NCBI GenBank assembly: GCA_963422365.1
Contig: OY729426.1
Location: 992,001-1,056,000 of the forward strand
DNA length: 64,000 nt
Direction of reading: 5' to 3'
Source of the DNA: Nitrospirales bacterium
Lineage (GTDB): Bacteria; Nitrospirota; Nitrospiria; Nitrospirales; UBA8639
In this document: positions 7,839 through 17,354 of the stretch, one piece after another
Layout of the letters: each line of letters begins with the position of its first letter
Numbering within the stretch: the first letter of the stretch is position 1
Notes under the pieces: model-generated
The model's input: only the letters and a program-made list of their open reading frames with translations
The model's database searches: none
Told to the model about the DNA's origin: nothing
Translations under genes and position numbers: made by a program

Positions 7839-10679
7839 CTAATGCGCTTCGCCCCATGAATGGCCCTGTCCCACGTCGACCGTCAGAGGTACCGCCAGGT
7901 GAAGCGCGGGAAGGGAAGCGGATTCCATGACGGTCTTCACCACCTCGCCCGTTTGATCAACCACCTCTTCGTCGACTTCAAAGAGCAATTCATCGTGGAC
8001 CGTTAAAAGCATGGTGGCTCGGGTGTCGAGGTGCTGTTGTGCCAAAGCCGGCGGTACACGAATCATGGCGCGTTTCAAAATGTCGGCGGCCGTGCCTTGG
8101 ATCGGGGCATTGATCGCCGCGCGTTCGGCAACGTTGCGTCGTGCGGCATGTTTGTCGTGGATGCCCGGGATATGGCACCGACGACCAAAGAGCGTTTCCA
8201 CGTATCCCCGTTCGCGGCAGAATTGCTTGGTGTGGTTCATATAATCTTGGATGCCGGGGTATCGTTCAAAATAGGCCTTCATGTAAGTAGCGGCTTCTTC
8301 GTTGGAAATGCTCAGTTGGCGGCTGAGTCCGAATGCGCTGATCCCGTAAATAATGCCGAAATTAATGGCCTTGGCTCGACGCCGCATGGCCGGGTCCAGT
8401 GTTTTGGCGTCGACTCCGAACATTTGACTGGCGGTCAGGGCATGAATGTCCTGGCCTTCATGGAACGCATGTTTCAACGCATCGATGTTGGCAATGTGGG
8501 CGAGAAGACGGAGTTCAATTTGCGAGTAGTCCAGCGACAGCAGGCTCCTCCCCGACTTGGCCACGAAGGCGTAGCGAATTTTTCGACCGTCTTCGGTCCG
8601 GATGGGAATATTTTGAAGATTGGGGTTCGTCGAAGACAGGCGTCCGGTCGACGCGGCGGCCATGGCAAAGGCGGTGTGCACGCGACCCGTTCGCGGATTG
8701 ATCTGTTCGACCAACGCGTCGGTATACATGCTTTTTAATTTGTCGAGTTGTCGCCATTCTAACACCGTCGCCGGCAGGTCGTGTCCCTCAGCGGCCAGCG
8801 ATTCCAACACGTCGGCTCCTGTGGAATAGGTGCCGGACTTCCCTTTGTGTCCGCCCTCCAAGTGCATTTCGTCAAACAAGACCTCACCCAGTTGCTTAGG
8901 AGAGCCGACGTTAAATTCGTGACCAACGCGTCGGTAAATGTCTTTCTCCAATGTGCGTTGGCGTTCTGCGAATTCTCGGCTGAGCTGCTCCAGTTTCGCA
9001 CGGTCGACATTGATGCCCTCGATTTCCATGTCGACCAGGACGGACACAAGGGGCCGTTCTAAGGTCTCATAAGGCGTCACCATGCGTTCGGCCAGCAGGC
9101 GGGGTTTGAGTAATTGGTGAAACCGCAAGGTCAGGTCTGCGTCTTCGGCGGCGTAGGCCAAGGCTTGATCCAGCGGGACCAGATCAAAGGTGATTTGGGA
9201 TTTTCCCGTGCCCGCCACGTCCTTGAACGTGATCGTCCGATGGCCCAGATGCAGTCCGGCCAATTCATCCACGCCGTGGCCATGGCTGCCTCCGTCCAGG
9301 ATGTAGGACATCAGCATGGTGTCGTCGACCGGTGAGATGGTGACGTCGTAGCGTCGAAGGACCACCATGTCGTCTTTCAGGTTATGACCGATTTTAAGCA
9401 CCGAGGGATCGGCGAAGAGTGGACGCAGGATAGCGAGGGCGGCGTCGAGCGGAATTTGTCTAAGAGGTTCCTGCCCTGGGGCAGGAGGATTCTCACCCGA
9501 GGATTTGGAAAAGTCCAATTCAGATGCTGGCGCAGGGTGCCGGTGTGCGAGAGGGACGTAGCACGCATGACCGGGTTGGACACACAGAGCAAGGCCAACC
9601 AATTCCGCGAGGCTTTCATCCACGGACGTGGTTTCGGTCTCGATCGCGACTGCGCCGGCATAGCGCGCTCGGGTCACCCAGTCTTGCAAGACCACAGTGG
9701 ATTGGACCAATTCATAGTGGGTGGCGGCCGGCGGAGCCTTTTTGATCTCAGGGACGACTTCCCCGGACGCCGCCAGCCGGTTTTGGACTTTAGCCATGAT
9801 CGCCCTGAAGCCCTGTTCATGGAGGAACGCGAGTAATTGTGAGGGGTCAGGGTGTTGGCGTCGTAACTGAGTCACCGTCACGTCCGTCGGTACATCATCC
9901 CGTAAACGAACCAGTTCTCGTGACAGTCTGGCTTGATCGGCAAAATCGATGAGGCTTTGGCGTCGCTTCGGCTGTTTGATTTCGGACGCGCGCGCGAGCA
10001 AGGAATCCAGGTCCCCATATTCTTGAATGAGGAGGGCCGCGGTTTTGACCCCAATGCCCGGAACCCCCGGCACATTGTCCGTCGAATCGCCGGCCAGGGC
10101 TTGCACGTCCACCACGTTCTCCGGGCCGACCCCGAATTTTTCGTTGACTTCCGCTCGGCCGATTCTCCGGTTTTTGATGGCGTCGAACATGTTCACCCGA
10201 TCGGACACCAACTGCATCATGTCTTTATCCGAGGACACAATCATGACGTCAAACCCTTCCGCCTCGGCGTGTCGCGCATAGGTGGCAATCAGGTCATCCG
10301 CTTCGAAGCAGGGCCTTTCAAGGCATGCCACCTTGAAGGCTCGCGTGGCGTCTCGAACCAACGGAAATTGAGGAATCAGTTCGTTGGGCGGGTCGGGTCG
10401 ATTGGCTTTATAATCGCGAAAAATCTCATGCCGAAAGGACTCCCGCGCCGAATCGAAGATCACGGCCATGTGCGTGGCCTGAAGGTCCTCCAGCAGTTTG
10501 AGCAACATGTTGGTAAACCCGAGGACGGCGTTCACGGGCGTCCCGTCCGATCGGGTCAGTAACGGGAGAGCGTGGAATGCCCGAAATAAGAAACTGGACC
10601 CATCCACCAAACACAGGTGTCGTTCAGAAGAATCTTGGTGTGGCGGCTTCATTATGTTGTCCATGGGTGTCGTTTTCAA
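7839..10679 (-). CDS. polA: DNA polymerase I (start uncertain)
   Basis: LVDGSSFLFRAFHA, GDSTDNVPGVPGIG, TGRLSSTNPNLQNIP, DYSQIELR, AKAINFGIIYG, VHDELLFE. Confidence 0.98.
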   Translation of the reverse strand: MKTTPMDNIMKPPHQDSSERHLCLVDGSSFLFRAFHALPLLTRSDGTPVNAVLGFTNMLLKLLEDLQATHMAVIFDSARESFRHEIFRDYKANRPDPPNELIPQFPLVRDATRAFKVACLERPCFEADDLIATYARHAEAEGFDVMIVSSDKDMMQLVSDRVNMFDAIKNRRIGRAEVNEKFGVGPENVVDVQALAGDSTDNVPGVPGIGVKTAALLIQEYGDLDSLLARASEIKQPKRRQSLIDFADQARLSRELVRLRDDVPTDVTVTQLRRQHPDPSQLLAFLHEQGFRAIMAKVQNRLAASGEVVPEIKKAPPAATHYELVQSTVVLQDWVTRARYAGAVAIETETTSVDESLAELVGLALCVQPGHACYVPLAHRHPAPASELDFSKSSGENPPAPGQEPLRQIPLDAALAILRPLFADPSVLKIGHNLKDDMVVLRRYDVTISPVDDTMLMSYILDGGSHGHGVDELAGLHLGHRTITFKDVAGTGKSQITFDLVPLDQALAYAAEDADLTLRFHQLLKPRLLAERMVTPYETLERPLVSVLVDMEIEGINVDRAKLEQLSREFAERQRTLEKDIYRRVGHEFNVGSPKQLGEVLFDEMHLEGGHKGKSGTYSTGADVLESLAAEGHDLPATVLEWRQLDKLKSMYTDALVEQINPRTGRVHTAFAMAAASTGRLSSTNPNLQNIPIRTEDGRKIRYAFVAKSGRSLLSLDYSQIELRLLAHIANIDALKHAFHEGQDIHALTASQMFGVDAKTLDPAMRRRAKAINFGIIYGISAFGLSRQLSISNEEAATYMKAYFERYPGIQDYMNHTKQFCRERGYVETLFGRRCHIPGIHDKHAARRNVAERAAINAPIQGTAADILKRAMIRVPPALAQQHLDTRATMLLTVHDELLFEVDEEVVDQTGEVVKTVMESASLPALHLAVPLTVDVGQGHSWGEAH

Positions 10680-11204
10680 TCCACCATTCTACCAATCAAA
10701 GGATGGAGAATGCAGCAGGGGCAAGGGAAGAGCCTGTGTAGCCGAACGAAAATAATTAGGAATTCTGACTAAAATAATGAGGAATGGCTAGAAAAGTCTT
10801 ACGAGTGAATACGTAGAGAACGCGGCCGGCGCTGTGGGGTACGAAGAGGGTGGCAGGGGGTGTGCCTAGGGGATGTCGAGGGGCTGCTGGGTGGTGGCAG
10901 GGCCCTCACCCCAGCCACCGGGTGATGCCCGGGGCCTGTGGAGAGGGGAGTCTGGCGGCTCAAGTGTGGGCGTCGGGGGGAGGCCCTAGCTTGGCGGCTT
11001 CCCAGATCCGATGGAGGGCGGTTGTCGTCGGGGCGTGGTCGAGGCGGGGGCGGCGGGTCGTCGCGGAGTCCCTGGGTTTGCCGCACGCCCTCTTGCCCGC
11101 CGAACTTGCTGCTTGCCTGGCGAGGGCCATTTCGTGTAGAGAGGGGGATCTTTCAGGGGGAGTCAGACAGATTCAATCATCTTTCACAGTAATGAGGTAG
11201 GGGT

Positions 11205-12047
11205 ATGTATCATGGTATGAGGCAAACAGTCTGTTCTGGGGTGGGGCTCCTGGTGGCGGTGCTGCTGGTTCACTCGGCCTGGGCGGAGTCTGGCTGGTAC
11301 GCGGGGATTAAGGGGGGGATCGGGGCGGGCAGCGCGCCAGAGGGCACGGTCGTGGGGGCGCACTCCGATTCGAGCGGCGATCTCACGACCGAGGTCGGCC
11401 CCGTGGTGCTGGGGTCGGTCGGCCGGGGGCTGGGCCAGGGGTTCCGCTTGGAAGGCGAGTTCTCGTGGCGGCGGAACGGCGCGGAGGACTTCACCGCCAA
11501 TACCATTGTGAAACGCGGTGAAGAGCGGGGACGACCGCTCTATAAGATTGAGGACGTCGAGGAAGCCAATAGGCTCAAGACCGACCGTGGCGAAACGGTC
11601 GATAGAAACACAGGGGAGGTGCTCGTGGACGCGCAGGGGGCCAAAGTCCCCAAGCACGATGCCGAGGGGAACCCGCTGTATGAAATGAAAGACGTGATGG
11701 GTCGACGGGACCCCATGCCCGTGGATGGCGCTCTCACGAACCTTGCGGTGATGCTGAATGGGCTGTATGACTGGACAACGGGGGGTGGCTCTTCCGTGTA
11801 CGTGTTGGGCGGCATCGGGCTCTCCGTGGTGAGTGCCGACGGGAGCCAAGCTGCGCTGGGGAGTATCGACGACACGACCACCGCCTTGGCGTATCAGGCG
11901 GGGCTTGGCTTCGTGTATCCCCTCACGCAGCAGGTGGCCGTGGATCTCTCCTACCGCTTCTTTGGCACGCCGGACGTGGACTTTGACGGCCTGGAGGTCG
12001 AGAACCGGCATCATAACGTCTTGTTCGGCGTCATGTATGCGTTCTGA
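11205..12047 (+). CDS. Outer-membrane 8-stranded beta-barrel protein with a long loop insertion
   Basis: Signal peptide (SAWA-E), GWYAGIKGG, FRLEGEFSWR, MLNGLYD, AYQAGLG, DLSYRFF, C-terminal GVMYAF. Confidence 0.85.
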   Translation: MYHGMRQTVCSGVGLLVAVLLVHSAWAESGWYAGIKGGIGAGSAPEGTVVGAHSDSSGDLTTEVGPVVLGSVGRGLGQGFRLEGEFSWRRNGAEDFTANTIVKRGEERGRPLYKIEDVEEANRLKTDRGETVDRNTGEVLVDAQGAKVPKHDAEGNPLYEMKDVMGRRDPMPVDGALTNLAVMLNGLYDWTTGGGSSVYVLGGIGLSVVSADGSQAALGSIDDTTTALAYQAGLGFVYPLTQQVAVDLSYRFFGTPDVDFDGLEVENRHHNVLFGVMYAF

Positions 12048-12600
12048 CCTGCGCCCCTCCCCCTCGGGGGGAGGGGCGTCATCCTCTCCTCGGTCTCCGA
12101 GGAGTCTCCTGACGTTGGCCTCAACACGTCTCCGGGCCACAGGGCGCGTAACGCCTCAGTCGTGGTCGCATGTTCGATCTCGGGGTCAGCAGGCAGATCC
12201 CTCAGGGCTTGTTTGCGGGCGACGACCTCTTGTATCTGAGCGTGGTCTCCCGTTTCGAGCGCCCGCATGTACGCCACGTCAAGAGCGGGAAACAGTTTGG
12301 TGCGGGCCCGGCGTATCCGATTCCGCCACACGGTACGTGCGTCCGACATGTCTACCCGGAGCGGCGGGTCATCATCCGGTGCATACACCCAGACAGCCGA
12401 AAACTCCCCATCGTCAGGCAGGTCGTCAATCGGCAGCACTTGATGCGGGGCCCCCGCCGGGACGACGTCTCGTATAAGATTGACGAGGGTTTGGCGTTCG
12501 GCTGCGGGCTGTGTGTGAAGGTACTCTTCCGTTGGATAGACCAACGCAGCATACCCAGTGACAGCATCTGTGTACAGCCTGTCCCCCGGAATGCACAGTA
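12011..12600 (-). pseudogene. Phage tail-fibre assembly chaperone-like ORF (prophage relic, ends doubtful)
   Basis: DVVPAGAPHQV..DDLPDD..W, RIRRARTKLFPALDVAYMRALETG..KQALRDLP..LRALWP; no clear start/RBS, and the frame runs through the OMP hairpin. Confidence 0.65.
12052..12078. terminator. GC-rich hairpin directly after the OMP stop
   Basis: CGCCCCTCCCCC-TCG-GGGGGAGGGGCG perfect stem; no U-tract. Confidence 0.55.
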
Positions 12601-12618
12601 GTGGCCCCCTCCTCCTGC

Positions 12619-12648
12619 TTGACACGTTTGTAAAGAGAGGCCTATCAT
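12619..12648 (+). promoter_or_regulatory. Putative sigma-70 promoter
   Basis: TTGACA-18 bp-TATCAT. Confidence 0.6.
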
Positions 12649-12735
12649 TTTAAGAACAGAACAACGACCTTCAACGAAGAGGTAGGTGATGGGGTAGCTT
12701 CCTGGACATCGACCGCCTGTGCACAAGATCGAGAC

Positions 12736-12772
12736 AAAGCCCTTTGGATCGTAAAGATCTAAAGGGCTTTTT
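12736..12772 (+). terminator. Intrinsic terminator/attenuator
   Basis: AAAGCCCTTTGGATC-GTAAA-GATCTAAAGGGCTTT stem-loop ending in a T run. Confidence 0.75.
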
Positions 12773-12919
12773 AATGTTCATCCGTGATCACGAAACCGGA
12801 CCCTTTCCGGATGTGAAAGATCAAGGGATGTGACGAGGTTGGAACCCGAAAGCACGGTCCCTCAATAATTGGTGTGGAGATGAGTGAAGGAGTCATGGGA
12901 TTTTTCATCAAGGAGGGTC

Positions 12920-13717
12920 ATGATGACAGAACCTAAAACTGCTGCGATGTTCGGTTCCAACCCGGGGTATGGCCGTGTGTTGCTCGTGGAGGACGATTCC
13001 GGTATTTGCAAAGAGATGCGTGCCACCTTGGAAACGGCGGGGTTCGAAGTGTTGGAAGCCGATACGGAAGATCGTGCGATCGGTGTAGCCAACGAAGGCG
13101 AAAATCCATTGTTGCTTGATGTCGTGATTACGGATATCGACAAGAATTTGGGTGTCGATTCCATGAATTATTTTAAAGCCCAATTTCCGCATGTTTCCTT
13201 GATTGCCTTAACGGGTCTGCTCGAAGAAAAGGGATCCGGCTCTTCGGAAATTCGGATTGGCATTGTGGGGGCTGGGAAAGGCGGCCGGGCGCTGCTCGAT
13301 GTGTTGCTTCATCTCTCGGCTGCTCAGGTGGTGGGCATAACGGACAAGGATCCAGGGGCCACTGGATTACAGTTCGCGCAAGAATTCCAGGTTCCGGTGG
13401 CGTCTGATCCGATGAGTCTGATAAGCAGGGATGATTTGGATCTCATCATCGATGTGACCGGCGATCCCGCCATGGGAGCACTGATAGCCGAGAAAAAACA
13501 ACCCCGTACTGAGGTGCTCGGCGGAGCGGCGTCAAAACTTTTATGGTTGCTGGTTCAACGAGAACGGGAAATGCAATCCCAACTGCTTCGGTCTGAAAAG
13601 TTAGCGGGGATGATTCGTGATGGAGTGAAAGATTTTCTCATAAAACCGTTCGGGAAGGATCGGTTGGTGAAGGCGGTCTCATCCGCAGTGGGGCAACGCG
13701 AATTGAATCGATTGTAG
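12920..13717 (+). CDS. Response-regulator receiver protein with an inserted NAD(P)-binding Rossmann domain
   Basis: VLLVEDD, DVVITD, LIALTG, then IGIVGAGKGG..DLIIDVTG, then GVKDFLIKPF; AGGAGG RBS. Confidence 0.8.
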   Translation: MMTEPKTAAMFGSNPGYGRVLLVEDDSGICKEMRATLETAGFEVLEADTEDRAIGVANEGENPLLLDVVITDIDKNLGVDSMNYFKAQFPHVSLIALTGLLEEKGSGSSEIRIGIVGAGKGGRALLDVLLHLSAAQVVGITDKDPGATGLQFAQEFQVPVASDPMSLISRDDLDLIIDVTGDPAMGALIAEKKQPRTEVLGGAASKLLWLLVQREREMQSQLLRSEKLAGMIRDGVKDFLIKPFGKDRLVKAVSSAVGQRELNRL

Positions 13718-13955
13718 GGGGATCGGGCAAATCAGTGAGGCCACGGTCCCACGCGGAGTCCCTGCCGTCGCCGGAGGGCTCTGTTCCGGCCCGACCACCT
13801 GCCTCCAGGTAGGTCGGGCCTCACACCCGCGCCGTCGGGTAAATACCTGCCAGTGTTTTTCCTGCATATCACGGAATCCTGTTTATCCCCCACCTGGTTG
13901 AAGGGGAAAAGGATTTCACCTCCATAGGCTTAAGTGCTTGTAAGCACGCCTTTTC

Positions 13956-13984
13956 TTGCAAAGATCGATGCGTCTGCGTATGCT
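13956..13984 (+). promoter_or_regulatory. Putative sigma-70 promoter of the pheA operon
   Basis: TTGCAA-17 bp-TATGCT just upstream of pheA. Confidence 0.5.
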
Positions 13985-14016
13985 CAATCGTACGGTATGA
14001 CTCCTCAGGCCTCGGT

Positions 14017-15099
14017 ATGTCGGAACACCATCAAATAGAAAAGTCCCGCAAGGAGATTGATCGGCTGGACGATGAGATCCTGCGGCTCCTCAATGAGCGC
14101 TCTCGTCACGTCATCACGATTGGCAAGACGAAACGAGAAGCAGACCCTCACGCCCTGCTGCACACCCCCGGGCGAGAGGTCTTTATTGTGGAACGCTTGG
14201 CGCGTCACAACCCCGGTCCCTTTCCCAATGAGGCGATTCGCCCGGTGTATCGGGAAATCATGTCCGCCTCCTTGTCGTTAGAGGGCTTGCAGACCGTGGC
14301 GTACTTGGGCCCCCCTGCCACGTTTACGCATTTGGCGGCCCTGGGAAAATTTGGTGAGTCTGCCCAATATACGTCGGTCAGCGGGATTAAAGAGGTGTTT
14401 GATGCAGTCGAACGCGGGCGCGCGCTCTATGGGGTCGTGCCGATCGAAAACTCGACCGAAGGCGTGGTGAATTACACCCTCGATATGTTTATCGACTCCA
14501 GTCTGATGATCTATGGGGAAGTCATGCAGGAGGTTTCCCATCATCTCATGTCGAAGAGTGAGCGAGTCGAGGACATCGAGACGATTTATTCACATTCTCA
14601 TGCCCTGGCGCAGTGTCGGAATTGGTTGGAAACCAACATGCCCACGGTGCGGGTAGCGGAAGCTCCGAGTACCTCGCGCGCGGCCGAACGGTGTCAAGAA
14701 GAACCTCATGCGGCAGCCATTGCCTCTGAACTGGCGGCTCACATGTATGGCCTGCACATCTTGAAATCGAGAATTGAGGATAATCTTAACAACTTCACGA
14801 GATTTTTAGTGTTGTGCAAGCATTGTTCCGATCCCACAGGAAAAGATAAGACATCGGTCATGCTGTCGGTGAAGGATAAGGCCGGCGCACTCTATGATTT
14901 GCTGCGGCCCTTTGCCTCCAATGGCATCAATATGACCAAAATCGAGTCGAGGCCCTCGCGTCGTAAAGCTTGGGAATATATCTTTTTTGTCGATATCGAG
15001 GGCCATATACGTGAAGACCGGGTCCGCCGAACTCTTGAGGAACTCAAGGGGCGGTGTTTGTTCTTGAAAATTCTCGGTTCGTATCCCATCCATTCCTGA
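14017..15099 (+). CDS. pheA: Chorismate mutase/prephenate dehydratase
   Basis: RKEIDRLDDEILRLLNER, AYLGPPATF, VPIENSTEG, NFTRF, NMTKIESRP. Confidence 0.96.
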   Translation: MSEHHQIEKSRKEIDRLDDEILRLLNERSRHVITIGKTKREADPHALLHTPGREVFIVERLARHNPGPFPNEAIRPVYREIMSASLSLEGLQTVAYLGPPATFTHLAALGKFGESAQYTSVSGIKEVFDAVERGRALYGVVPIENSTEGVVNYTLDMFIDSSLMIYGEVMQEVSHHLMSKSERVEDIETIYSHSHALAQCRNWLETNMPTVRVAEAPSTSRAAERCQEEPHAAAIASELAAHMYGLHILKSRIEDNLNNFTRFLVLCKHCSDPTGKDKTSVMLSVKDKAGALYDLLRPFASNGINMTKIESRPSRRKAWEYIFFVDIEGHIREDRVRRTLEELKGRCLFLKILGSYPIHS

Positions 15100-15174
15100 C
15101 ACAAGGTGGGATGCCGCGCGTCTCGTGTAAAGAAAACGAACGATGTGCGACGAGAACGAATGCATGAGTGGCAA

Positions 15175-16281
15175 ATGTCTATCCGAGTTCACCCCAATAT
15201 AGCCAAACTCGTTCCCTACTCCCCTGGGAAACCCCTCGATGAGTTGGAGCGGGAATTGGGTATTCGTGGAGCCGTGAAGCTCGCGTCCAATGAAAATCCG
15301 CTTGGCCCCTCGCCTCAGGCCTTGGCGGCGTTGGATGAAGGAAAAAAGACCGTGCATCTCTATCCGGATGGCGGCGCGCATGATCTCACCCGCGCGTTGG
15401 CCGACCAATGGAAAGTGTCCGGCAATCAAATCGTCGTGGGCAACGGGTCCGATGAGATCATCAGCCTGTTGGTCAAGGCGTTCGTGACCCCGGGGGAAGA
15501 AGCCGTGATGGCGGATCAGACCTTCGTCATGTATCAGCTCGCCGTGACTGGGGGGCATGGGGTCTGCGTGGAAGTCCCCTTGAAAGACTGGCGTCACGAT
15601 CTCGCGTCAATGGCGCAGGCCGTCAACAGTCGAACGCGGTTGTTGTTTGTCTGCAATCCCAACAATCCCACGGGCACCATGGTGACCCACGAGGAAGTCA
15701 GGGAGTTCATGGCAGCCGTCCCGGATCACGTGATTGTGGTGTTTGACGAAGCCTACTACGAATACGTCAGGGACCCGGACTGTCCCGACACCGTCGACTA
15801 TGTTCGACAAAACCGGCCGGTGGTGGTGTTACGGACGTTTTCCAAAATTTACGGGTTAGCGGGTTTGCGCATCGGATATGGGATCACGACGCCGGAAATC
15901 GTCGAGTATCTCCATCGTGTGCGAAACCCCTTCAACGCCAATACCCTGGCACAATTCGCGGCTTGTGCAGCGTTAGGTGACGAAAAACACGTCGCCGCCA
16001 GTCGAGCGAACAATGAAGCGGAAATGGCGTCGGTGGACAACGGGCTGCGGGCATTGGGGTTGGCGCCCCTTCCCAGTCAGGCGAACTTTCTCTATTTTGA
16101 TACGCATCGTGACGGCCGCGAAGTGTTTGACCGGCTTCTTCGTGCAGGAATCATCGTTCGGCATATCTGCGGGTCGACGCTTCGCGTGACAATCGGGCGA
16201 CCGGAGGAGAACCGTCGATTCCTCAAGGCCTTGAGGAATGTGCTGGAGGCCATGCCTCCCGTCGAGGATAAGGATTCCTGA
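15175..16281 (+). CDS. hisC: Histidinol-phosphate aminotransferase
   Basis: KLASNENPLG, GNGSDE, CNPNNPTG, DEAYYE, RTFSKIYGLAGLRIGY. Confidence 0.95.
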   Translation: MSIRVHPNIAKLVPYSPGKPLDELERELGIRGAVKLASNENPLGPSPQALAALDEGKKTVHLYPDGGAHDLTRALADQWKVSGNQIVVGNGSDEIISLLVKAFVTPGEEAVMADQTFVMYQLAVTGGHGVCVEVPLKDWRHDLASMAQAVNSRTRLLFVCNPNNPTGTMVTHEEVREFMAAVPDHVIVVFDEAYYEYVRDPDCPDTVDYVRQNRPVVVLRTFSKIYGLAGLRIGYGITTPEIVEYLHRVRNPFNANTLAQFAACAALGDEKHVAASRANNEAEMASVDNGLRALGLAPLPSQANFLYFDTHRDGREVFDRLLRAGIIVRHICGSTLRVTIGRPEENRRFLKALRNVLEAMPPVEDKDS

Positions 16282-17294
16282 TGATTATCGTATTCAAGCC
16301 GCATGCTACGGAAGAAGACATCGATCATGTCACGGATCGACTCCGGGAATTAGGTCTGAAATCGCAAATGTCCCGTGGCGAGGAGCGCACCATCATCGGG
16401 GTGATCGGCGACGAACGCCTGTTGGAACACCAACCGCTCAGTGTCTTCCCCGGCGTGGAGAGCGTGACGCCCATTTTGACGCCGTGGAAGCTGGTGGGCC
16501 GTGAATTTCAAGCACAGGATTCGGTGATCGCGGTGGATCGGGTGACGGTGGGCGGCAAACGAGTCGTCGTGATGGCTGGACCCTGTGCTGTCGAGAAATT
16601 GGAAGTGACGGTCGGGATTGCACATGAAGTCAAAGCCGCCGGTGGCGAGATCCTTCGAGGTGGCGCGTACAAACCGCGAACCTCTCCCTATTCGTTTCAA
16701 GGCCTGGGTCGGGAAGGACTCGATTTTTTGGTTGAAGCGAAACAGCAGACGGGCATGCCCGTGGTCAGTGAAATTTTGGATCCCCGTGACACGGACGTGT
16801 TTCTGGAAAAAGCCGACGTGATTCAGATCGGGGCGCGGAACATGCAGAACTTCGAATTACTCAAAGAAGTCGGGGCCTATGATAAGCCGGTTCTCTTGAA
16901 ACGAGGGCTTTCGGCTACGATCAAGGAATTTTTATTGTCGGCCGAATACATCGTGTCTCGCGGCAATCGAAACGTGATGCTGTGCGAACGCGGCATTCGT
17001 ACCTTTGAAACGCAATACCGCAATACGTTGGATCTGGCGGCGGTTCCGACGTTGAAAGAACTGTCTCATTTGCCGGTGATTGTGGATCCCAGTCATGCCA
17101 CGGGTAAATGGAAACTGGTGGCGCCCATGGCCAAAGCGGCCCTTGCGGCAGGGGCTGACGGGCTTCTGATCGAGGTCCATTCGAATCCTGAATGCGCCCT
17201 CTGCGACGGGGAGGAATCGATCAAGCCTCACCGGTTCAAGGAATTGATGAACGATCTGAAAATTCTTGTGCAAGCCGTGGGAAGAGAATTGTAA
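16281..17294 (+). CDS. aroF: DAHP synthase (class I-beta)
   Basis: [46 protein letters not shown]. Confidence 0.95.
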   Translation: MIIVFKPHATEEDIDHVTDRLRELGLKSQMSRGEERTIIGVIGDERLLEHQPLSVFPGVESVTPILTPWKLVGREFQAQDSVIAVDRVTVGGKRVVVMAGPCAVEKLEVTVGIAHEVKAAGGEILRGGAYKPRTSPYSFQGLGREGLDFLVEAKQQTGMPVVSEILDPRDTDVFLEKADVIQIGARNMQNFELLKEVGAYDKPVLLKRGLSATIKEFLLSAEYIVSRGNRNVMLCERGIRTFETQYRNTLDLAAVPTLKELSHLPVIVDPSHATGKWKLVAPMAKAALAAGADGLLIEVHSNPECALCDGEESIKPHRFKELMNDLKILVQAVGREL

Positions 17295-17354
17295 CCTGCC
17301 AGTGGTGGTTCTCGATCTTCGAGTAACGCGCCGCCCTGTTTTCTCCGTCAGAGT

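Noticed and set aside
13720..13830. Cyclic-di-GMP riboswitch (GGGCAAA seed) and hairpin at 13788-13820
   Set aside because: The rest of the aptamer consensus is missing; the hairpin is more simply a 3' stem after the receiver gene.
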